Below are positions 56,526 to 64,000 of a stretch of DNA of 64,000 nt, one piece after another (position 1 is the first letter of the stretch; each line of letters opens with the position of its first letter). The translations under genes were made by a program, and so were the position numbers. The DNA comes from Candidatus Aenigmatarchaeota archaeon. Lineage in GTDB: Archaea; Aenigmatarchaeota; Aenigmatarchaeia; QMZP01. The stretch lies in contig JAVZYR010000001.1 of assembly GCA_038999435.1 (NCBI GenBank), positions 1 through 64,000 of the forward strand, given 5' to 3'. The notes beneath the pieces were generated by a model that made no database searches, had not been told where the DNA came from, and saw only the letters and a list, made by a program, of their open reading frames with translations.

Positions 56526-58583
56526 TCATATTATCCCAAGCCCAGCTAATGCCTCTTTAATAAGGCTGCCGAACATAGAACTTGTTGCAATAGCAATGAG
56601 CATGTAGAATATGAGGGCGATTAAAATCATCTGGCCAGCTGTCGCTTTTAGAGAGACAGGATCTTCTCCCTTATCAATCTTTATCAGGAAGAGTGCAAGC
56701 ACAAAAACAATTTCAAGCAGATATATACCTACTATCAGTTGAAACATAGATGCTGTGATGGATGGTGCACCCATGCTGATAAGACTAAAATTTAATCCAC
56801 CTATCGGTCCACCAGCCCCTGCAACACTTTGTAGATAATCTCCTAATTTGATTAAAACCTGAACTATCACATCTGTCATTGCAACAATGAGCCCTGATAT
56901 CATTGGCGTAAGAAAGTATGCCTGAAATTTCATCGAACTTGTTGTATCAGAGAGGATCTCCCTTATATATTCTTGCGTCTCCTTTATTGATTTGAGATAA
57001 TTTGCAATTCTAAGCATACTTTCAGATGCATATCTCACACCTTTCTTTGCAGTATCTATAACCGTGTACATGATATTCTCGATGAGTCTTGATGGATAGT
57101 ATTTTATTGCACCCCATTGTTTGTCAAACAACGCTTGCTCAAATGTCATGCCAAGTGTTCTCATATTCTTTAATGTATGTTTGAAAAGGCCTGCTATTTC
57201 CATATCTTTCAGCTCACCTATTGCATATTCCATTGCAACCTCTGTCGGAATTCCACCAGCAACTCTATTTCCGAGCTGGAAGAGTGCAAGTTCAAATTCT
57301 GATTCAATCTTTTGGATGGAATTCTGTATTTTTATCATCTGATGTGATGAGAGGAAGAAATAGGCACCAACAGCAAAACCAACAGCCATGACAATCAAAC
57401 CGGACATGGTCATCGAAAGTATAGGGTTTGGATCATATACTGCTTTTGGTTGTTGTGTTTCAGGGTCAAATGGAGGGATGAGAAAATCAGGGTTTGTTAT
57501 AAAATATATAAATCCAGGGGTAGCAAGGATGATAAAGACGCAAAGGGATATTGGCCATATCGGCATATCCTTTTTCCCAATCCTAAGATGTCCAGGTTTT
57601 GGTAGTTCGGGATGTCGAGAGATGTCAATCTGGGAAAAAGTTGCAGGCCTTTTGTTAAGTGTATTTGTAATAAACCATATTATCACAATAGGAAGGATAA
57701 TATTATAACCCAAAACAAAATGAACAGGTGATACAAGGTTTGCAAGAAAAACAGCAGCTAATGGCGCCATGATTGTGCCGAGTACTGGGAGTATAATCCC
57801 CATCATGTGTATGACCATAACAGGCATCTTTAGATCCTGTGCATAATGTTTCATTCTCGTCTTTGTCCCTTCGAGCACAACATTTAGTGCTTGGTCTAGA
57901 ACCTCTTTTGCCCTTTCAGGTGGTTGGAATTGAGAATCCTTAATGAGTCGTAAAGATTCCGCAAATTCTTCATTTTCGAATTTCCATTTTTTGATATATG
58001 CATCGATTGCCTCATTTGCAGATGGGTATATCCGCATTTCTATATCCCAGAGGAGTTTTCTCATATCCCATGCAAGTTCGCCTGATACATTAAGTGCTGC
58101 AAATTTCAATGCCCTTTCTAGATTTGGTGAAACCCTCATCGACACGACCATATAAAGGATTGCCAGCACAATCTGCGCCGATGCCTTTATTCGATAGTTT
58201 TTAACGAGATTTAATGGATATTTCAAGAAATAATACGAAACAAGAAAACCCATTGCCATAATGAGCATCCCGCCTATTATAGGGACACCGAATGCAACTA
58301 TTGCAATCACACCAAGGACCACAAATGAAATTATCGTCAAAATCATCAATGCCATAACAGATTCTGGTGTAACTCTTAGTCCAGTAAAAGCAACAGCAGA
58401 TTCTATATTTCTTTTAACATCATCACTTGGCTTGACTTTGATAAGTGATGCTGCAATGTCATTCAATCTTTCATACCAGTTTTTCTTTCTTTCAGCAACC
58501 TCTTTGAAAATTTTGTATTCTCTTGTGACAAGTTCAGGTTCCTTTTTAATCTCTGGCTCTTTTTTCTTTCCAAATAAAACCAT
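56526..58583 (-). CDS. Type IV pilus/T2SS-F (TadC/FlaJ-like) membrane platform protein
   Basis: Two repeated cytoplasmic-plus-TM modules (SPNLERALKFAA; GIPTEVAM), ILPVLG..MAP. Confidence 0.7.
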   Translation of the reverse strand: MVLFGKKKEPEIKKEPELVTREYKIFKEVAERKKNWYERLNDIAASLIKVKPSDDVKRNIESAVAFTGLRVTPESVMALMILTIISFVVLGVIAIVAFGVPIIGGMLIMAMGFLVSYYFLKYPLNLVKNYRIKASAQIVLAILYMVVSMRVSPNLERALKFAALNVSGELAWDMRKLLWDIEMRIYPSANEAIDAYIKKWKFENEEFAESLRLIKDSQFQPPERAKEVLDQALNVVLEGTKTRMKHYAQDLKMPVMVIHMMGIILPVLGTIMAPLAAVFLANLVSPVHFVLGYNIILPIVIIWFITNTLNKRPATFSQIDISRHPELPKPGHLRIGKKDMPIWPISLCVFIILATPGFIYFITNPDFLIPPFDPETQQPKAVYDPNPILSMTMSGLIVMAVGFAVGAYFFLSSHQMIKIQNSIQKIESEFELALFQLGNRVAGGIPTEVAMEYAIGELKDMEIAGLFKHTLKNMRTLGMTFEQALFDKQWGAIKYYPSRLIENIMYTVIDTAKKGVRYASESMLRIANYLKSIKETQEYIREILSDTTSSMKFQAYFLTPMISGLIVAMTDVIVQVLIKLGDYLQSVAGAGGPIGGLNFSLISMGAPSITASMFQLIVGIYLLEIVFVLALFLIKIDKGEDPVSLKATAGQMILIALIFYMLIAIATSSMFGSLIKEALAGLGII

Positions 58584-58585
58584 AT

Positions 58586-59191
58586 TTAAATTTTATTTTT
58601 TCGAATATAAGAGAGGATTGCTGGAAGCTCTGATACATTGTTTATACTGAAATCAGCATCTATTCCAACACCAACCACAATACAACCTGCTCTATGACCT
58701 GCATCCACATCTGCTTTTGTATCACCAACCAACAATGCCTCTTTTGGTTTTATACCTAATGCTTTGCATGCTTTAGTTATTGCTTCAGGGTTTGGTTTAC
58801 CATCATTCACATCATCTCCGGTTATGATTGCATCAAACTTCCATTTTGTCATTTTCACAATCTCCATAACCTCATTTTTAGGAGAGTTCGTCACAAGGGC
58901 AATTCTAAACATTTTGCTAATTTTTTCCAAAACAGGTCCCGATGCCTTTAAAATTTTTATTTTATCCAAATAACCAAAATGTTTTTCATTGCAGTATTTT
59001 ACTGCATCATTACCAAGCCCAAACTTTTTGAGATTAGATTTCACATCATATCCCCAAAAGTTTTTTCTAAAATTTTCCTTGCTAATTTTTTCAAGTCCAT
59101 ATTTTTCAAGCGTTGCATTTATTGCTTCAAACCAGCTTTCAAATGAATCAATCAATACACCATCAAGGTCAAAAAGCACGGCCTTTATCAT
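58586..59191 (-). CDS. HAD-superfamily hydrolase
   Basis: FDLDGVLIDS, VTN, KPNPE, VGDT..D; likely start 59191. Confidence 0.92.
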   Translation of the reverse strand: MIKAVLFDLDGVLIDSFESWFEAINATLEKYGLEKISKENFRKNFWGYDVKSNLKKFGLGNDAVKYCNEKHFGYLDKIKILKASGPVLEKISKMFRIALVTNSPKNEVMEIVKMTKWKFDAIITGDDVNDGKPNPEAITKACKALGIKPKEALLVGDTKADVDAGHRAGCIVVGVGIDADFSINNVSELPAILSYIRKNKI

Positions 59192-59217
59192 TTTAATTTT
59201 TGTTTTATAATTAAGAT

Positions 59218-59958
59218 ATGATTGAATTCGTAATAGCATTTTTAGCCTATCTCGTTGCAGGTCTTTTGGATTTGAAAACAACAGAATTTCCAAATTGGAT
59301 ACCATATTCTCTCATTGCATCCATACTTGCTATAAACATCATCCGTTCATTTTCAATCCCTGATATATCAATTTTCATTGGCTCACTTACATTCGGTATG
59401 ATTTTTCTTGCAGCAGGTTTATTGCTTTATGCAGCAAGGGCATGGGGTGATGGTGATGCTTGGCTTTTTGGTTCGTTGGGGTTCATTTTTTATTTTTCTC
59501 CTCTAAAAATCCTCATTGTTTTCTCGATAACTGCACTAATATACACAATTTTGTACTCTTTCTATATTGGCCTTCGCAATGATAAAGTCTTGAAGGCATT
59601 TAAAAAAGAAATCAGAACAAAGAGAAATGTTTTATGCATCATTTTTTCGGTATTTACACTTTTTTCTATTTTTACATACAATCTTTTAAAACAGCCAATT
59701 ATTATTTTCTTACCTCTTTTCATCCTTTTTATCTTATTTTATATACCTTTTGCATTACATGTTGAAAGAATATGTTTTAGAAAAAGAATACATGTTTCAG
59801 AGCTAACCATGAATCATATTCCCATAAAAAGTCTGTTAAGAAATATGAAACCTGAGGAACTCGAGAGATTGAAAAAAAGGAATGGGTACATATGGGTTAA
59901 AGAAGGTATCAGATTTAGTCCGGTCTTTTTTTTGACACTACTCTTTACATTGGTTTAA
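59218..59958 (+). CDS. A24-family prepilin peptidase (PibD/FlaK-like)
   Basis: DLKTTEFPNW and WGDGDA aspartate motifs in a polytopic membrane protein; GIRFSP. Confidence 0.8.
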   Translation: MIEFVIAFLAYLVAGLLDLKTTEFPNWIPYSLIASILAINIIRSFSIPDISIFIGSLTFGMIFLAAGLLLYAARAWGDGDAWLFGSLGFIFYFSPLKILIVFSITALIYTILYSFYIGLRNDKVLKAFKKEIRTKRNVLCIIFSVFTLFSIFTYNLLKQPIIIFLPLFILFILFYIPFALHVERICFRKRIHVSELTMNHIPIKSLLRNMKPEELERLKKRNGYIWVKEGIRFSPVFFLTLLFTLV

Positions 59959-59981
59959 AAATAAAAAGAAGGGCAAGAAGT

Positions 59982-60278
59982 TTATATCTTTTTGACTCTT
60001 TCTATGCCAACCTTTGACACAATTGGCTTTTTGACTTTTGCAGGAAGCCATGATGGTCTGTTTTCAGGTGCTGGCACAACCTTCACAGAACCCTTGAAGA
60101 CGTGTATAGTGTATGTTTTGTCTTTATTCCTTCTTCCTCTTTCCCTTAGCCTTATGTCCTTGTAGCCTCTTGTTGCTGCTTTAAGTGCTGCCTGTCGAGG
60201 TGATCTGCCGGTAAAAATAGCCACTTTCTTGCCCGTTTTCATTATATAATACTTTTTAGCTTTCTTTGCTTTTGCCAT
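59982..60278 (-). CDS. Non-histone chromosomal protein MC1 family
   Basis: FTGRSPRQAALKAATRG...IRLRERG...HVFKG...PSWLP. Confidence 0.92.
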   Translation of the reverse strand: MAKAKKAKKYYIMKTGKKVAIFTGRSPRQAALKAATRGYKDIRLRERGRRNKDKTYTIHVFKGSVKVVPAPENRPSWLPAKVKKPIVSKVGIERVKKI

Positions 60279-60354
60279 GTATCCACCTCTTTTTGATTTT
60301 TGTCAAAAGGATTTATAAATCTTTCTTTAAATAGGTTCTTAGAATGCTCAGATA

Positions 60355-60972
60355 CTATCTTGTCTTACTCATGAGAGGGCTATTTAAATGATCTGTATTA
60401 TTTATAAGCTCGATCTGTGATGTCCCATCTTTATTTATTTTAATAATATTCAGAGCTGTTTTGTCCTGTTCTAATTTTCTATATTCATTTCTAGGTAATT
60501 TGGTTAAATAAAACAATAATTCCATAATTACTGCACCATGAGTTACGATCAAGACTGTTTTATCAGAATATTTTTTAGCAATTTTTTTAAAAAAATTCAC
60601 AACTCTTTTTTGTACTTCAAGACAACTTTCTCCATCTTTTGGTTTATATTTATGAAACTCTATATTGCTTTTCTTTACAGCATCAAATAATTTCTCTTTG
60701 GGTTTGCCTTGAAAAATTCCGAAATTTCTTTCCCTTAATTCTCTTTTAAACTCTATTTTCACATGATGATATTTGTTAATTATTTCTGCAGTTTCCTTTG
60801 CTCTTTTCAAATCACTTGAAAAAATTATATCTATATTAATATTTTTCAATCGTTTAGCAATTTTTTCTGCTTGTAAAATACCATTTTGATTTAAGCTTTC
60901 ATCTATCCATCCAAGAAAAATTCCTTTATTATTATAGTCTGTTTCAGCGTGTCTAACCAATAATAACCTCAT
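60355..60972 (-). CDS. Histidine phosphatase (phosphoglycerate mutase family)
   Basis: LVRHAET, SSDLKRAKETA, LRERNFG, GES, VTHG. Confidence 0.92.
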   Translation of the reverse strand: MRLLLVRHAETDYNNKGIFLGWIDESLNQNGILQAEKIAKRLKNINIDIIFSSDLKRAKETAEIINKYHHVKIEFKRELRERNFGIFQGKPKEKLFDAVKKSNIEFHKYKPKDGESCLEVQKRVVNFFKKIAKKYSDKTVLIVTHGAVIMELLFYLTKLPRNEYRKLEQDKTALNIIKINKDGTSQIELINNTDHLNSPLMSKTR

Positions 60973-61089
60973 ATTATTAATTCCACATATTTTCTCATTC
61001 TATAACCTTCAGCTATTCTATTCAATTTTTGCATCTACTTTCTGAGTATCTTACATCTGACTTTTCCAAGTTTTGGCCATCAAGACCCA

Positions 61090-62229
61090 TCATTTTTTTA
61101 GTTTATATTTCCTTTTTCTGAAAAACCAATATCCAAGCCCAGCTAATAAAAACATCCCTATGATTACAAACAACCCTTGGTTTTCCTTCTTCTCAAAATT
61201 CAACACAATATCCTTTGATTCATGAACATCCTCAAGCTCAGGTCCTATGTATGTCAGATTAAGATGACCACTTCCTTGTAAAATAAGTGGGTAAGAAAAG
61301 GTCACTTTTTTATTTGGTTTAAGAGAGCTTGTGTAATCTATGCCTATGACTTTTCCATCAATTATTAGTTCTGCTGTTATTGCTTTTGCTTCAGCAGTAC
61401 CTTTATTTGCAACTTCTATATCTAATTTCTGCCTTTCGAGGTTTGGTTTTATGTCAATTATCATAAGTGACACAGAACCCTTAATTGGAATACCAATCGA
61501 AAAGGAATTTGTCCAACCCTGCCCTGATTCATCAACATAGAACACAGTTAGGTTTGACAAATATGTTTTGTATTCTGCTTCAGGGCTCACAGAAAGATTT
61601 ATTTCAGCTATTTTGCTTTGACCTGGTTTTAGCTCATCCAAATATTTTGAGACCGAAAATATCGGCGTGATTTCAGACACTGATATAAAATTTGTCCTTA
61701 TCTGTCTTGCGTCTCCAGTCCCAACATTGCTTAAATTTATTTTCATTGTTATTTGCCCACCAGGTTCTGCAACCCCTTCCATATCCACATCCTGAATAAC
61801 AAGTTCTGGTTTACCTTGCACAGCAACAAAGACCTTATACAAAACCCATATCTTTGGATCATTTCTATACACTTTAAATCCTATCTCGTAATCTCCGCTT
61901 ACAGCTTTTGAATCAACTATCAATTTCCAACTTGCCTTTACAGAGCTTCTTGGAGAAATCTTGGAAAATGTCTTTACTTTCTCCTCTCCAGGTAAAACTT
62001 TGAATGGGAGATTTTCTATTATTTCAATGCTATAATTTTCTGCTGCTTCAAAACCATTATTTTGTACCTCAATCTCTATGCTAAGGTTTTGACCAGGCTG
62101 AACAGGGTATGGTAGTTGTTTTGTTAAGATTATATTTAGGGATGATGCTTCAAAATACTCTGCTTTAGCAACTGTAAACATAGCAATGAAAATAAGCATC
62201 CCAATGCAAATATAACCATTTATTTTCAT
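61090..62229 (-). CDS. COG1361-like S-layer-domain protein associated with the ABC exporter
   Basis: Signal peptide, PYPVQPG, NVGTGDA, NKGTAEA Ig-like repeats, C-terminal TM. Confidence 0.75.
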   Translation of the reverse strand: MKINGYICIGMLIFIAMFTVAKAEYFEASSLNIILTKQLPYPVQPGQNLSIEIEVQNNGFEAAENYSIEIIENLPFKVLPGEEKVKTFSKISPRSSVKASWKLIVDSKAVSGDYEIGFKVYRNDPKIWVLYKVFVAVQGKPELVIQDVDMEGVAEPGGQITMKINLSNVGTGDARQIRTNFISVSEITPIFSVSKYLDELKPGQSKIAEINLSVSPEAEYKTYLSNLTVFYVDESGQGWTNSFSIGIPIKGSVSLMIIDIKPNLERQKLDIEVANKGTAEAKAITAELIIDGKVIGIDYTSSLKPNKKVTFSYPLILQGSGHLNLTYIGPELEDVHESKDIVLNFEKKENQGLFVIIGMFLLAGLGYWFFRKRKYKLKK

Positions 62230-62954
62230 TTTATCACCTTATCGAGCTTTACAATCTTGTGGTCCTTCTTTACTATTTCTTTTATTATCGTTCCATCCTT
62301 TAAATATACAACCCTATTTGCATATCTTGTGATTTCAGGGTCATGTGTGACGACTACAAAAGTATAGCCCTTTTCTATGTTTAGCCATTCAAGCAAGGTC
62401 AAGATCTGTTTTCCTGTTTTTGTATCAAGATTTCCTGTCGGCTCATCAGCAAGTATGATTTTTGGCTGGTTCGCAAGGGCCCGGGCAATAGCAACCCTTT
62501 GCTGCTCACCACCTGAGAGAAGACCTGACATGTGATTCATTCTATGACCAAGTCCGACCATGTCAAGCAGCTTTTTAGCTTCTTCGATTGCCATCTTTTT
62601 GCTTTTTCCTGCAATCCTTAAAGCAAGCTCAACATTTTCAACAGGCGTAAATGTTCTAATGAGATTGTATTCCTGAAAAACGAAGCCTAATTTTTCTTTT
62701 CTTATTTTTGCCAGTTGATCATCATCAAGCTTTGATACATCTTTGCCATCTATCCACACACAGCCTTCATCCGGTTTTAGAAGACAACCAATGATATCAA
62801 GCAGTGTTGTTTTTCCTGAACCAGAAGGCCCGACTATCGTTATAAAGTCACCTCTCATCACAGTAAGATTTATACCTTTTAATACCCTAACCTCATTTGG
62901 CATGCCTTTATTGTATGTTTTTTTCACACCCTTTAGCTCTATTATTTTATTCAT
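62226..62954 (-). CDS. ABC transporter ATP-binding protein (LolD/MacB-like)
   Basis: GPSGSGKTT, LSGGEQQRVAIARAL, ADEPTGNLD. Confidence 0.95.
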   Translation of the reverse strand: MNKIIELKGVKKTYNKGMPNEVRVLKGINLTVMRGDFITIVGPSGSGKTTLLDIIGCLLKPDEGCVWIDGKDVSKLDDDQLAKIRKEKLGFVFQEYNLIRTFTPVENVELALRIAGKSKKMAIEEAKKLLDMVGLGHRMNHMSGLLSGGEQQRVAIARALANQPKIILADEPTGNLDTKTGKQILTLLEWLNIEKGYTFVVVTHDPEITRYANRVVYLKDGTIIKEIVKKDHKIVKLDKVIK

Positions 62955-63999
62955 ATCTCAATGCTGCCACAGGATCGAGTTTTGAAGCGCGCCACGCAGG
63001 CCATGCACCTCCAATTAAACCTAAAAACAGGGCAAACACAAAACTGAATACAGCAAGTCCTGGGGTCACAACAGGTCTTATCATAAAACCAGAATAAAAT
63101 GATATGATTTCAGATGCAAAAAAGCCGAATGCTATTCCTGCAATCCCACCTATTGCAGATAGCATGATTGCTTCAAGCATAAATTGAATTAAAACCCTTT
63201 TATTTGTCGCGCCTATTGCCTTCAACACACCAATTTCTCTTCTTCTTTCCATCACTGTCATTACCATCGTATTCATAACACCAAGACCACCCACAACTGC
63301 TGCTATTGCACCTATACCTAATGTGAAGAACCTTATCTGGCTTATCATCTGTTCTGCTTGTCTTGCTGTCTCTTTAGGTGTTATTACATCAACATTTTCT
63401 ATTGTATTTTTTATCTCATCTGCTAACAACTCCACTTTTCCTATATCTTCAGGTATGGCATAAATCATCTGAAATGTATCTACTTTTAAGATTTCCTGAA
63501 GATCGGAAAGCGGGATTATTATTGCATTGTCTATGTCCATTATATGTGTCTTTTCAAGTATACCTACAATCTCAAATGATTGGCCAGCTATCTCAAAATT
63601 ATCACCTACTTCTAAACCAAAAAGGTCTGCTGTATCCTTTCCTGCTAATGCTACCTGATAATCTCCAGATTCAATCTGTCTTCCGTCGTACAGTTCTATC
63701 CTTTCACCCTTGAAATATTCGATCTTCTCAGGATCTATACCAATTGCCCACCATTGTGGTATTCCTAAACCCATACCTCTTTCAAAATAAACCATAACAG
63801 GTACAGCGTCTTTTATTCCACTAAATGTCTTAATAGACTCTAACTCTGTTTCTGTTAGTTTGCTTGACAATGAAGTAAAAATACCACTTGCACCCGATTC
63901 AACTATTATCAGCTTCCCACTTGTAAGTTCAAGATTCCTTTGCACAGTTACATTCAGTCCATCTGCAATTGCTCCAAGTGCAACGATTGCAGCAATCCC
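62947..63999 (-). CDS. ABC transporter permease (MacB/FtsX-like), 5'-truncated
   Basis: Frame is open to the window end; GVMNTM..TV.ERRREIGVLKAIGA, PAWRASKLDPVAALRYE. Confidence 0.92.
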   Translation of the reverse strand, partial: GIAAIVALGAIADGLNVTVQRNLELTSGKLIIVESGASGIFTSLSSKLTETELESIKTFSGIKDAVPVMVYFERGMGLGIPQWWAIGIDPEKIEYFKGERIELYDGRQIESGDYQVALAGKDTADLFGLEVGDNFEIAGQSFEIVGILEKTHIMDIDNAIIIPLSDLQEILKVDTFQMIYAIPEDIGKVELLADEIKNTIENVDVITPKETARQAEQMISQIRFFTLGIGAIAAVVGGLGVMNTMVMTVMERRREIGVLKAIGATNKRVLIQFMLEAIMLSAIGGIAGIAFGFFASEIISFYSGFMIRPVVTPGLAVFSFVFALFLGLIGGAWPAWRASKLDPVAALRYE

Positions 64000-64000
64000 G

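Noticed and set aside
1..64000. tRNA/rRNA genes, inteins, transposases, integrases, proviral genes
   Set aside because: No unexplained intergenic gap is longer than ~135 bp and none shows a cloverleaf; MCM, Lhr, Cdc48 and the topoisomerases are normal length; no mobile-element motifs were recognised

Overview
Gene-dense chromosomal window from an archaeon: histone, MC1, Topo VI, MCM, Cdc48, archaeal r-proteins and TATA boxes close to start codons. A DPANN-type lineage (possibly Aenigmarchaeota-like) is inferred from the compact layout and the large Cys-rich, class-III-signal surface proteins, but cannot be proven without a search. I saw no rRNA, tRNA, CRISPR array, transposase or integrase. 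Positions 1-27 kb mix housekeeping genes with many secreted or membrane-anchored proteins. Positions 27-64 kb hold topoisomerases, chromatin proteins, a rearranged ribosomal-protein superoperon, replication/translation genes, type IV pilus parts and an ABC exporter. The main leads are: (1) a five-gene locus at 22.2-27.2 kb resembling a non-type-IV, pilin/WxL-like surface filament system; (2) a bacterial-type VanY/M15B peptidase split by a -1 frameshift at an A9 / A-AAA-AAC site; (3) a trypsin-like protease preceded by a free-standing copy of its own N-terminal domain; (4) a 47-bp inverted repeat shared in frame by two surface-protein genes; (5) an r-protein order explained by one inversion around a symmetric 40-bp bidirectional promoter; (6) an unlisted 47-aa Zn-ribbon gene divergent from the histone; (7) unusual substitutions in the uS12 and GluRS signature motifs. 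All product calls come from motif recognition by eye, not database searches.
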